A DNA stretch of 64,000 nt from Candidatus Thalassarchaeaceae archaeon (GCA_023268715.1 JALRLV010000002.1:18737-82736), one strand, 5' to 3'; positions 18,116-27,816 are shown, counted from the stretch's first letter. Notes: generated by a model from the sequence alone, not told the origin. Made by a program: numbers and translations.

Positions 18116-20413
18116 ATGGGAGAAAACAAGCAGGAGTGGGACAGACTACTCTTCATTTTGCCGTTTTTGGCAATCGTGCCATATCTCTACAGCACTGGAG
18201 AATCGTCAACCGATTATTGGTGGTTAATTATCGCCGCACCTTTGGTATTCTTCGCAACGATTGCGATCGCAGGTCAGATTTGGAACGGTGATGAATTCTG
18301 GGTAAATCGCTTGAAGGAAGGAGGAATCTTAGGACTTGGAGCACTCAGCGTATCCCTTTCCGCTTCGATTTGGCTGATTTACGATTATCTCGATGCTCAC
18401 GGTCATATTGAATCTGGAGATCCATTCAGTTGGTTGACCTTCGATGTCCTAACCTACGATTCTGAGGGTTGGTCGATTGCCTCCGAAGGATTCAGTGGAA
18501 TCGGACTAGGAATATACCTTGATGCAGTTAGCATAATGCTACTATTTGTTGCCACTTTCCTCTGCTTCCTCATCTGTTGGTTCGCAATCGGATACATGAC
18601 TACCGATTCAATCAATGATAACTCAAACCATCGATTCTTCGCCGAATTCGTTCTATTCAGCATGGGTATGTTTGGAATGGTCCTCGCAGACAACTTCCTT
18701 TGGCTATTCATTTTCTGGGAAATAATGGGTCTTTGTTCCTATCTTCTTATCGGATTCTACTACTGGAAGGAAAGTGCTGCATACGCTGCAAAGAAGGCTT
18801 TCCTAACCACTCGCGTTGGCGATGTATTCCTAATGATTGGACTACTAATGCTCTATGACATATATGGCTCTCTAGACTTCGCTGTTGTCTTTGATGATCC
18901 ATCCACAGGTGTAGGTGGAGCAGCGGTGGATGCTGCTATGTTACAAACTGCACTATTGATGCTATTCATTGGAGCTGTAGGTAAGTCCGCTCAGTTCCCA
19001 TTGCACGTTTGGCTGCCGGACGCGATGGAGGGGCCAACTCCTGTATCGGCCCTTATCCACGCTGCCACCATGGTTAATGCTGGATTGTATCTAGTCGCTC
19101 GAATGGTACCATTCGTCGATGTTCATCATCATGGTGTGGCAGGAATGGAAGACCTAGGACTGATTGTTGCATGGGTCGGTGGAATTACCGCCTTTATGGC
19201 CGCAGCAATCGCTTTTGTGCAGAATGATATCAAGAAAGTGTTAGCATATTCCACGATGAGTCAACTGGCCTACATATTCACAGGACTTGGAGCAGCACTT
19301 TGGTTCTTCAATAACGATAAGCATCACGCAGGTGCTTTAATCTTCGGTGGTGCTCTATTCCACCTCTTCAATCACGCCATGGCAAAGGGAATGCTGTTTA
19401 TGGCGAGTGGTTCAGTAATTCACGAAGTTCATCACGCTCACGACCATTTGCATCATGGTGATCATGGAGATCATGACTTCGACCCTCAAGACATGCGCAA
19501 TATGGGTGGCTTGGCGAGCAAACTACCTGTAACAGCTACAGCGATGATGTTCGGGTCGATGTCAATTATTGGGATTCCGTTGATAGGTGGATTTTGGTCA
19601 AAGGAAATAATCGTTGGAAAGACATGGTATGCTTACTTCAACGGAGCAGACGCATTGCTTGGACCGGCTATACTAATTCTAGCAACTGCCGGTATGACCG
19701 GCTTCTACATGTCACGAATGTGGTTCATGACCTTCGCGGGTGAGCCAAAGAACGAACTCGTAGACCACGTCCATGAGGAGACTCCTTGGATCAAGACACC
19801 TCTTGTAATTCTTTCAATAATTACCGCCCTAGGTGGATTCGGACTTGCCCTCTATGGAATGGTGGATTGGCTATCTGGAGAGGCTGACCACCTATCTATT
19901 CACAAGGACACATTCGTCGATCAGGTGATTTACGAATTGGAGCATGCATTCCTACCTGAGGACGAACAAGTCCGAATGATTGGCTGGACCACTATCCTGC
20001 TTTCATTCATCATTGGTCCAATATTTGCCGCCCGAGTATACGGTGGTTCACTCAAAGAAGGCGAGAAAGCAACACCGATAGTTCACTGGCTAACTAGCCT
20101 GTCTGGCAAGTTTGGTAGCCAGAATGTCGATGAATTAGCAAACTCACAATTTGCCGAGGCATTACAGAACCGTCTGTATTTCGATGACCTGTACGAGTGG
20201 GTTCTAGGAAAGACCGTCCTTCCATTCTCGGCTTTCGCCGCTTGGTTTGATGCCAATGTAATCGATGGAGTAGTCAAGCAGATTGAATCCAATTCTGTTT
20301 TCGGTTCTGTACAAATTCGCAGAGTAACAACCGGTAGTGCCCGTGACTACATTCTGATGGCTGCCGTCGGGGCATTGTGTATATTCGCTCTAATTTGGGG
20401 GGTGAGCGCTTGA
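18116..20413 (+). CDS. nuoL: NADH-quinone oxidoreductase subunit L (antiporter-like)
   Basis: ATG at 18116 sits 6 nt after GAGGTGA; the ORF track opens at a GTG at 18107. Mrp/NuoL motifs are present (WLPDAMEGPTPVSALIHAATMV, AYSTMSQLAYIF). The subunit is long (about 765 aa) and includes a His-rich loop. Confidence 0.9.
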   Translation: MGENKQEWDRLLFILPFLAIVPYLYSTGESSTDYWWLIIAAPLVFFATIAIAGQIWNGDEFWVNRLKEGGILGLGALSVSLSASIWLIYDYLDAHGHIESGDPFSWLTFDVLTYDSEGWSIASEGFSGIGLGIYLDAVSIMLLFVATFLCFLICWFAIGYMTTDSINDNSNHRFFAEFVLFSMGMFGMVLADNFLWLFIFWEIMGLCSYLLIGFYYWKESAAYAAKKAFLTTRVGDVFLMIGLLMLYDIYGSLDFAVVFDDPSTGVGGAAVDAAMLQTALLMLFIGAVGKSAQFPLHVWLPDAMEGPTPVSALIHAATMVNAGLYLVARMVPFVDVHHHGVAGMEDLGLIVAWVGGITAFMAAAIAFVQNDIKKVLAYSTMSQLAYIFTGLGAALWFFNNDKHHAGALIFGGALFHLFNHAMAKGMLFMASGSVIHEVHHAHDHLHHGDHGDHDFDPQDMRNMGGLASKLPVTATAMMFGSMSIIGIPLIGGFWSKEIIVGKTWYAYFNGADALLGPAILILATAGMTGFYMSRMWFMTFAGEPKNELVDHVHEETPWIKTPLVILSIITALGGFGLALYGMVDWLSGEADHLSIHKDTFVDQVIYELEHAFLPEDEQVRMIGWTTILLSFIIGPIFAARVYGGSLKEGEKATPIVHWLTSLSGKFGSQNVDELANSQFAEALQNRLYFDDLYEWVLGKTVLPFSAFAAWFDANVIDGVVKQIESNSVFGSVQIRRVTTGSARDYILMAAVGALCIFALIWGVSA

Positions 20414-22023
20414 TTCAGTCAGACCCTCTAACATTCATCACTCTGACACCACTTGCTGTCGGTTTAGCCCTATTGATTCTACCATACCTCGCTCCTGCAA
20501 GCATGGCGGATTTCACTCGAAAGATATCACGCTCGCTTTCGATGGGAGTTGCTTTGGCAATCTTCGCCATAACAACCGCGCTATTCCTCGGTCAAATTGG
20601 TAATATCGATTGGCTAAATATCACACAAGGTCAGTATGTTTTCCAAAATGATTCAGTAGTTCTGCTAGAAAGTATTGGTGTAAGTTGGGTAGTCGGGGTA
20701 GACGCATTGTCCTTCCCAATGGTTTGGCTTACAGCTCTATTAATTCCTATATCGATGTTGGTTGAATGGGATGCAAAGAAAGGACACCTTTTCCACCCGC
20801 TAATCCTAATCATGGAGGGTGCACTGATTGGTGTTTTCGTAATACTCGACTTATTCGTCTTTTACGTCTTCTGGGAATTGACTCTAATCCCGATGTTCTT
20901 CCTGATTTTGGTTTGGGGTGGAGACGACCGAAGATATGCTTCGATGAAATTCTTCATCTACACTTTCACAGCTAGTGTTCTGATGCTAATTGGTATCCTT
21001 GTGATGTACTTCCATACCGATCCAATTAGCGGTCTAGGGACCTTAACCGGCCATCATTTCGACTTGGTATCAATGACGGCCCAGGCATCTGGAAATGGAT
21101 TAATTTCAGGAGAAGGTTTGCGCCACTTTGTTTGGCTTCTGTTGCTAATCGGATTTGCAACTAAGATGCCTAGTGTACCAGTTCACACATGGTTGCCAGA
21201 CGCTCACGTTCAGGCACCAACCGCAGGGTCAATGTTGTTGGCTGGTGTCATGTTGAAGATGGGCGCATACGGATTCCTAAGAATTGCTGTAACGATCTTC
21301 CCTGAATCAACTGTCGTCTTCACTCCATTGTTGATTGTACTAGGAATGGCGAGCCTAGTGTACGGAGCCATTGTATGTATGGGTCAGACAAATCTCAAGC
21401 GAATGGTTGCTTACTCATCCGTATCTCACATGGGATTGATTTTCCTTGGAATAGCAACCATGCAACCACTGGGAATCGCTGGTGCCCTATTCATGATGTT
21501 TGCACACGGAATCATCAGCCCACTTCTCTTCGCCGTAGCTGGAGCCTTCAAGCACCACTACCACACTCTTGAGATTGGGTCGATGCGTGGAATCGCACAT
21601 CACTCTCCATGGTTGGCTGGTCATATGATGCTAGGTTGGATGGCGAGCCTTGGGCTTCCGTTGTTGGCTGGATTCGTAGCCGAAATTGCAGTAATGATAG
21701 CCTTCTGGATGACATTTGGTTGGTTAGTGATTTGGCCAGCATTGACGCTAATAATTACTGCTGTATACTACTTAACCAGTATGCAGAGAACTATTTTCGA
21801 GGGCGGAGATCCTCATGTTGGTGTACTTCCAGATACCATGCATGGAGAAGAACCTCGAGATATTACTTGGCATGAGAATGCTGGAATGTTTGTTCTGGGA
21901 GCCCTCACAGTATTGTTTGGAATCATGCCATTCATCTTCTGGGACATGATGTCAGATTGGTCTACAGAATTCATGCTGGAGACATTAGTTGAGGCTATGA
22001 ATAGTCAGGGGGTGAAGCCCTGA
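20377..22023 (+). CDS. nuoM: NADH-quinone oxidoreductase subunit M
   Basis: WLPDAHVQAPTAGSMLLAGVMLKMGAYGFLR. The ORF-track start is a GTG at 20377, overlapping nuoL by 37 nt. A TTG at 20410 overlapping the nuoL stop (TTGA) is an alternative start. Confidence 0.85.
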   Translation: MYIRSNLGGERLIQSDPLTFITLTPLAVGLALLILPYLAPASMADFTRKISRSLSMGVALAIFAITTALFLGQIGNIDWLNITQGQYVFQNDSVVLLESIGVSWVVGVDALSFPMVWLTALLIPISMLVEWDAKKGHLFHPLILIMEGALIGVFVILDLFVFYVFWELTLIPMFFLILVWGGDDRRYASMKFFIYTFTASVLMLIGILVMYFHTDPISGLGTLTGHHFDLVSMTAQASGNGLISGEGLRHFVWLLLLIGFATKMPSVPVHTWLPDAHVQAPTAGSMLLAGVMLKMGAYGFLRIAVTIFPESTVVFTPLLIVLGMASLVYGAIVCMGQTNLKRMVAYSSVSHMGLIFLGIATMQPLGIAGALFMMFAHGIISPLLFAVAGAFKHHYHTLEIGSMRGIAHHSPWLAGHMMLGWMASLGLPLLAGFVAEIAVMIAFWMTFGWLVIWPALTLIITAVYYLTSMQRTIFEGGDPHVGVLPDTMHGEEPRDITWHENAGMFVLGALTVLFGIMPFIFWDMMSDWSTEFMLETLVEAMNSQGVKP

Positions 22024-23696
22024 TGTTGACCACTGAAGAAATGGAAATATTGCTACCTGAGTTGACTCTGGTTGCAGGTATTATTCTGGCTGTTTTAATC
22101 CCAAACCTTGGAGACTCAACTCTAAGAATTCCTCTAACCAGAACTCGCATTCCGGTCTTTATCGGTGGTACTCGCTTCAAGCGCACATCCGACCCCAGAG
22201 TTCCAGCCCGTATCGGAATCTCTGCTTTATTCGTAGCATTTGTGTTTTCTTTCCTAGAAATCGAATCTGCATCTGGTGAGGTTGGCGGAGTTATCGAAAT
22301 CACTTCGTTTACCAGAATGATGTCGTTCGTATTCTATGGAGCACTCCTCCTAGCAGCGATTGCTACAGCCTACAGAATGCCTGCTCGACTTTCTGCTAGA
22401 GCTCCAACCGAGAAGGATTCTGAATCTCGAGCAGAGGCTCTTGTCGCCGCTTTGATGGATAATCGCCGTCAGGTAGATTTCCACATTCTTCTGATGATGG
22501 TTGGACTCGGAATGGGTCTTATGGCGATGGCTTCGAATCTTTTCTTCATGTTCGTTGCAATAGAGTTGGCGAGCCTCGCGGCATATGTATTGGTTGCATT
22601 CCACAAAGAAGAGGAAGTTGGAGGCGAGGCAGGTGCCAAGTACTTCATCGTCGGTTCAGTTGCTAGTGCTACTGGAATCTATGGAATGTCCTTGGTTTAT
22701 CTTTGGTCAGGAGACCTTGATTTCGATGCACTAGCCGCCTCTTGGGCCGCTATGGATGGATTAGATCCATTCGCGGTCATTGGAGTTGGATTGATGTTGG
22801 TCGCTTTCGGATTCAAGGTCAGCGCTGCGCCTTTCCATCTCGCCGCACCCGACGCGTATGCTGGTGCCTCTTCACCCGTTGCGGGTGTGCTGGCTACTGC
22901 TTCCAAGGCGATGGGTTTTGTCGCCCTCTTCAGAGTTCTAATCGAGGTTACAATGCCCGAAGAGGGAGAGGCTCTTTGGTTTGGCATTCTTGCAATAATC
23001 GCTGTAATTACGATGACTTGGGGTAACCTAGCAGCGTTAACCAGTGAAAATCCAAAGAGGATGTTAGCCTATTCGAGCGTCGCCCACGCTGGATATATGT
23101 TGGCGGCAATGGCTGCTGTTGGTAGCGGATTAGGCGATTCATCAACAACCGAGCTAGTCTTGGTTGCTATCGTCTTCCATCTGACAATTTTGGTTCTATT
23201 CAAACTAGGTGCATTCCTAGTTCTTGGTATGCTTGAGACTGAAGGTCGAAGTCATCGCTTAGAAGACCTTCACGGTCTCGCTCAGCGAGACCCGTTGATT
23301 GCAGGTTCGATGTTTATCTTCATGCTAGCATTGGCTGGAGTTCCGCCATTATCGGGATTCCTTTCGAAATTATTGATGATCAACGGAATCGTAAATATCA
23401 GCGCTGGCACTGGTAGCACATCTGCAGATGCAATTATTCCTTGGGCCGAAACTGTCGACCCAGTTTTCTGGCTTGCAATTGCAATTGTATTGAACAGTGC
23501 TCTGTCTCTATTCTACTATCTTCGAATTGTCCTAGTTATGTTCTTCGAAGCTCCTGAAAACTCTAAGCCTCTCAGAGAGGCATTACATCTGCGTAACACC
23601 ATCCTAGTTCTCACAGTACTAACGGTATTCTTCGGTATTGGTTCAGGTGCAGAGTATCTTCTAGACCTCGTTAAAACAGCGGTTTCTGATCTTTGA
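22023..23696 (+). CDS. nuoN: NADH-quinone oxidoreductase subunit N
   Basis: FKVSAAPFHLAAPDAYAGASSPVAGVLATASKAMGF. An ATGA overlap with nuoM and a GGGGGTGA Shine-Dalgarno sequence. Confidence 0.85.
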   Translation: MLTTEEMEILLPELTLVAGIILAVLIPNLGDSTLRIPLTRTRIPVFIGGTRFKRTSDPRVPARIGISALFVAFVFSFLEIESASGEVGGVIEITSFTRMMSFVFYGALLLAAIATAYRMPARLSARAPTEKDSESRAEALVAALMDNRRQVDFHILLMMVGLGMGLMAMASNLFFMFVAIELASLAAYVLVAFHKEEEVGGEAGAKYFIVGSVASATGIYGMSLVYLWSGDLDFDALAASWAAMDGLDPFAVIGVGLMLVAFGFKVSAAPFHLAAPDAYAGASSPVAGVLATASKAMGFVALFRVLIEVTMPEEGEALWFGILAIIAVITMTWGNLAALTSENPKRMLAYSSVAHAGYMLAAMAAVGSGLGDSSTTELVLVAIVFHLTILVLFKLGAFLVLGMLETEGRSHRLEDLHGLAQRDPLIAGSMFIFMLALAGVPPLSGFLSKLLMINGIVNISAGTGSTSADAIIPWAETVDPVFWLAIAIVLNSALSLFYYLRIVLVMFFEAPENSKPLREALHLRNTILVLTVLTVFFGIGSGAEYLLDLVKTAVSDL

Positions 23697-23767
23697 TTCA
23701 GAACGGTTCATCACGAGGGTGAAATAACCGTAAAAAACTATGAATACCTCTCCAATTACAGCTTTTT

Positions 23768-24079
23768 ATGAGGAAACTTTTGGCGCTCATTTTTGGCAAT
23801 TCTAGCGAGAAGAATATCCAGAAAAATAATGGCGGCCAAGAATTATCTTCCACGAATAACTGGATTGGGCCAGATGGAACTGAGAGTGGCCCAGATGTCC
23901 CTGAAGATTGGTATTTGACGTACGATGGGCCTGCACCAATCGTAGAGGAGATTTACGATCAAAACTATGCAGTTGATAGGGGAAACGGAGTTGTTCCTAT
24001 TGATTTTTACATCAAAAAATGGGGCGTTCCAGAGGGTTTTGGAAATACAGAACATGAGAAACTTTGGTCTATTGAATGA
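23768..24079 (+). CDS. Small acidic hypothetical protein (orphan ORF in a low-GC spacer)
   Basis: The only ORF in a roughly 540-bp AT-rich spacer between nuoN and aIF1A. No motif recognised, so it may not be a real gene. Confidence 0.25.
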   Translation: MRKLLALIFGNSSEKNIQKNNGGQELSSTNNWIGPDGTESGPDVPEDWYLTYDGPAPIVEEIYDQNYAVDRGNGVVPIDFYIKKWGVPEGFGNTEHEKLWSIE

Positions 24080-24237
24080 ACCGATGTATATCTGCATTCA
24101 AATTTATATCGACATCAGAATTTGTTTCCCACGGTATATGTAGGCCATATAATCGCTGGAGAGTTAACCATAATCCCCCATTTCCTATCTAATCAACAAG
24201 GCATGGTTTCACATAGGGGTCTCTCGACCGACGCCCA

Positions 24238-24783
24238 ATGGCGCGTCGAGAGGAGCGTGTGGACACAGAGTTGCTGGCGCAGCTTGAATCTGGTGCCGGC
24301 GACAAAATCCGCGTAACACTCCCGAATAAGAAAATCAACGAAATGTTCGCTATCGCAGACCAAATCCTTGGTGGTCGAAGAGTTAGAGCGGTTTGCGAAG
24401 ATGGCGAGAGTCGTCTGGCGCGTATTCCAGGAAAGATGCGAAGACGCCAATGGGTCCGTGAGGGTGACCTAGTAATTGTTCAACCATGGGATTTCCAAGA
24501 TTCAAGAGCAGATGTAAGGATGCGCTATACCAAAACTCAGTCAATCTACCTATCACGAAAGGGGGTCTTGCCCGAGATAGTCGACTTATTCGGAATGACC
24601 GATGATCAAATTCACGAACAGGATGAAGATTACGAAATTGTCGATTCCGGTGAAGTGGGAGAGGATACAGCAACCGAAGAGGCCGAAGAAGTCGAATCGG
24701 AAGAAGAAGAAGTTGTTGAAGAGCCGAAGAGATCGACTTTTGCTGATGATGACGATGATGATATCGACTCATTCTTCGGGTGA
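24238..24783 (+). CDS. eif1a: Translation initiation factor 1A (aIF1A/eIF1A) with a long acidic C-terminal tail
   Basis: The OB domain matches eIF1A: ILGGRRVRAVCEDGESRLARIPGKMRRRQWVREGDLVIVQPWDFQDSRADVRMRY. A helical segment follows (YTKTQSIYLSRKGVLPE), then about 70 acidic residues ending DDDDDDIDSFFG. Confidence 0.85.
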   Translation: MARREERVDTELLAQLESGAGDKIRVTLPNKKINEMFAIADQILGGRRVRAVCEDGESRLARIPGKMRRRQWVREGDLVIVQPWDFQDSRADVRMRYTKTQSIYLSRKGVLPEIVDLFGMTDDQIHEQDEDYEIVDSGEVGEDTATEEAEEVESEEEEVVEEPKRSTFADDDDDDIDSFFG

Positions 24784-24788
24784 GGACG

Positions 24789-25670
24789 ATGGCAAACCCC
24801 GACTGGGAAGATGTCGACCCAGACGCTCTAATGAGATCGGCGAAGCAACATGATTGGATGGCGGAGCCACGCTTCAAGCGAATGTTTGAGGAAATCGAAG
24901 ACAATTTGCAAGGAGTTCTTGGTTCCGGTCAATATGATTGGGTCGATAGGCGAGTATTCGATGCTGTCTTCGATCGTTCCACTCTGATGTCTTTGCACAA
25001 ATTGATGCAGGCAGGTGAGATAGAAACTGTAGATTATCCAATCGCTCGCGGTAAAGAGGCTCACGTATTTCACGCAACCACAAACCAAGGACCGGCTGCA
25101 GTGAAGATTTTCCATACTACAAATGCCGTCTTCAAAAGTCTTGCAAAATACATCGATGGCGACCCACGATTCGGTGGACTTAAGCGCCGCCATCGTGAAT
25201 TGGTAAAGATCTGGGTTCGCAAGGAATACCGAAACCTACGGCGAATGCGGAAAGCCGGGATCAGAGTTCCAAGACCCAGAGCGATTCTAAACAACGTCTT
25301 GGTGATGGATTTAATCGGTGATGAAAGCGAACCTTCTCCTCGCCTGAAGGACATAACTATCGATGATCCGAAGGGAGTCTTCGACGACCTTCTTGAAATT
25401 CTTGCAGTTTGTTGGCAAACCTGTGATCTTGCCCATGCAGACTTTAGCGAATACAATATTCTCTGGTACGATGGCGAGCCATGGGTAATAGATGTCGGTC
25501 AAGCAGTAGTTAGTGCTCATCCTTCCTCAAATGAATTCCTAGTTCGAGACGTCACTCGCCTCGTTGAGTGGATTAATCGACAAGGACACGAGGTAAATCT
25601 CGCTGACTCTTTGTTAAGGGTGCTCGAGGAACCGGTTCCCACCTACCCGGCCCTTTCGGGCGGGGATTAA
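24789..25670 (+). CDS. rio1: RIO-type serine/threonine protein kinase (Rio1)
   Basis: ATG at 24789 sits behind GGTGAGGA; the track opens at a GTG at 24780 overlapping the aIF1A stop. Nucleotide-binding loop IARGKEAHVFHA and catalytic/metal motifs LAHADFSEYNILW...IDVGQAV. There is no N-terminal wHTH domain, so this is Rio1 rather than Rio2. Confidence 0.85.
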   Translation: MANPDWEDVDPDALMRSAKQHDWMAEPRFKRMFEEIEDNLQGVLGSGQYDWVDRRVFDAVFDRSTLMSLHKLMQAGEIETVDYPIARGKEAHVFHATTNQGPAAVKIFHTTNAVFKSLAKYIDGDPRFGGLKRRHRELVKIWVRKEYRNLRRMRKAGIRVPRPRAILNNVLVMDLIGDESEPSPRLKDITIDDPKGVFDDLLEILAVCWQTCDLAHADFSEYNILWYDGEPWVIDVGQAVVSAHPSSNEFLVRDVTRLVEWINRQGHEVNLADSLLRVLEEPVPTYPALSGGD

Positions 25671-25696
25671 AACGGGACGGCGGGTCGCCCACTTTC

Positions 25697-26425
25697 GTGG
25701 AACTTCTAGCCCGCATACCCAAAGACCGCATAGCGGTGCTAATTGGCAAGGCTGGGCGTACTCGCAAGATGCTTGAGAAAGCAAGTGGCTCGAGTTTGGA
25801 AATCGATTCCCAAACCGGTGATGTTTCGGCTATTTGGGAAGTCGATGAAATAGATCCAATCGTGAAAATGAAAATGCCTGATGTAATCCGCGCGATTGGA
25901 CGTGGACTAGCACCAAATCGCGCGGTAAAATTACTCGATGATGAGGTATTCCTTCGAATGTACGACATTCGTGAATGGGTAGGACGACAGCCAAACCAGA
26001 CTCGCCGAATGCGAAGCCGATTAATCGGAAGGAACGGACGCATTCGTAGCTTAATCGAAGAGATGTCCCAAACCGAGATGGCAATCTATGGCTCTACAGT
26101 TTTGGTAATTGGGGACGAGGATGGTCTAGCATTAGCAACCCCTGCAATCGAGAATATTCTCAATGGAGCCGAACATGGAACAGTCCTGCACGGTTTAGAA
26201 CAAGATCGCAAGCGTATGCGAATACAATCTCGTAGTCTTGACACATATGATACCGGTAAAGGATCATCCGATGCCTTTGACTCATTAGTTCCTGGACTCG
26301 CAGATGCCCGACGCCGACGTGAACGCAGATTCAAGTCTGCTCAAGTCGATCCAGATGATGAGAAAGAAGTCGCTGAGATGTTAGAATTGGCAGAAGACGA
26401 GTCAATAACTTACGGCGAAGAGTGA
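25697..26425 (+). CDS. KH-domain RNA-binding protein (Dim2/Pno1-like)
   Basis: GTG start. The KH GXXG loop is present in RIAVLIGKAGRTRKMLEKASGSSLEI, with a second KH-like segment IGRNGRIRSLIEEMSQTEM. It sits directly after rio1, a conserved archaeal arrangement. Confidence 0.7.
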   Translation: MELLARIPKDRIAVLIGKAGRTRKMLEKASGSSLEIDSQTGDVSAIWEVDEIDPIVKMKMPDVIRAIGRGLAPNRAVKLLDDEVFLRMYDIREWVGRQPNQTRRMRSRLIGRNGRIRSLIEEMSQTEMAIYGSTVLVIGDEDGLALATPAIENILNGAEHGTVLHGLEQDRKRMRIQSRSLDTYDTGKGSSDAFDSLVPGLADARRRRERRFKSAQVDPDDEKEVAEMLELAEDESITYGEE

Positions 26426-26453
26426 TTTCTACAGCCGCCACGCCTAAGCGCAG

Positions 26454-27749
26454 GTGCTTTCTCGACAGGCCGTGAACGTGCTAGAGGAGTGGTACGATTA
26501 CGAGCGTTTGGTAATCCAAGTGCTCGCCGTAATCATGACATTATTCTGTATTGGAGCATTCCTCGGTACAATGGATTTTTCTAATCCACTGTCTGATTTT
26601 GTCTACAAATATTATCTCGATCCAGTAATTGGAGAATCAACTGGAGATTCCGGTTACAACATGGTCAACACCATGACCTATGGAATCGTTCTGGCTATGT
26701 TCGTCGTAGCAATGTCGGGCTGGTTGAGGCATTTGGGAGTCGATGGTTCGGATAGAACGCTACTTGCATTACTTCCATTCGTCCTTTGGGCGGCGCTTGG
26801 AGAGATAGTGGAAGACGCAGAAATGTTTGGGGAATTCTTCTCGGCTTGGTTTGTAAGTCCAGGAGTTCACTTCCAGACCGCTGCTTGGGTAATTATCGCT
26901 GGCTGGTTTGGATATTCAATCCATAACTCGGATTCTAGCGATGAAGAAAAGGCCGAGAAGGTAAAATCTGCTTCGATGATTATCATCTTCACTCAATTTG
27001 TAATCTATGCCAATTCAATCGATGGTAAAACTGACTTCGATATTTCATTGATGCTATTCTTTAGCATAATTGCGTTTTTCTCCCCGCATTTTTTGCAATC
27101 CAGCGCTGATGGTTTTGATAATATTCAGCGCACAGTCTACTTTTCAGGAATCGGCGGTTGTCTTGTTCTGTTCGGAGCCATTGCATCCTATTTGTCCTCA
27201 ATCGACATAACTCAAATTGACAATTATCCATACAATTTCGTTGCAGTGGTCGTAGTTATTGGATTCCCAGTAGTACTGTGCTGGTTCATGCTAGAACAAG
27301 GAAGAGAGGCCGCCGCAGAACTGGAATCTCAAGGAATAATTGCAGGAATTTTACCACCTGGAATGAACGAAGATGAATACATGGCACTCGAATCAGAGCA
27401 GAAGACTTTGATTGAATCCCTACGATTGAAGGCAACAATGGCATATCCGGTAGCATTCCTTCCCGTTGCCGGCCAGTTGATGGATGGTATTGCTACATAT
27501 ATCGGCATCGACTTCTTCGGATACACAGAGAAGCACATAGTATCGGAGGCAGTGGTGCAATTGTTCGATACCGCATTGACTTTTGCAGTCCTTAAGTTAG
27601 GAATTGGCGGAGTTGTATTCTGGTTCTATTCTATGGCCAACTTCGAGTATCGTCAACAGCACCTACGACTATTGATCGGCCTTGCACTAATGGTGGTTGG
27701 AATGGCACCTGGATTGCGTAATATCGGGCGATTGATGTTGGGTGTCTAA
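26454..27749 (+). CDS. Polytopic membrane protein (possibly DUF63-like, internally duplicated)
   Basis: About 10 predicted TM helices. Two similar halves each contain a G-Y-x-E-x-H-like segment (DFFGYTEKHIV in the second). The family assignment is a guess from memory. Confidence 0.4.
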   Translation: MLSRQAVNVLEEWYDYERLVIQVLAVIMTLFCIGAFLGTMDFSNPLSDFVYKYYLDPVIGESTGDSGYNMVNTMTYGIVLAMFVVAMSGWLRHLGVDGSDRTLLALLPFVLWAALGEIVEDAEMFGEFFSAWFVSPGVHFQTAAWVIIAGWFGYSIHNSDSSDEEKAEKVKSASMIIIFTQFVIYANSIDGKTDFDISLMLFFSIIAFFSPHFLQSSADGFDNIQRTVYFSGIGGCLVLFGAIASYLSSIDITQIDNYPYNFVAVVVVIGFPVVLCWFMLEQGREAAAELESQGIIAGILPPGMNEDEYMALESEQKTLIESLRLKATMAYPVAFLPVAGQLMDGIATYIGIDFFGYTEKHIVSEAVVQLFDTALTFAVLKLGIGGVVFWFYSMANFEYRQQHLRLLIGLALMVVGMAPGLRNIGRLMLGV

Positions 27750-27816
27750 TCACGACATCTACGATGTCGTATCCATTGGATTCAAGGTTCGCCGGTAGTC
27801 TCACGGGTTGATTGCG

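Noticed and set aside
23697-24237. tRNA or other structured RNA gene in the AT-rich spacer after nuoN
   Set aside because: No GC-rich cloverleaf stems or conserved T-loop (GTTCRANYC) or D-loop motifs are visible by eye. This needs a covariance scan to exclude fully, so it is kept only as a low-priority finding.
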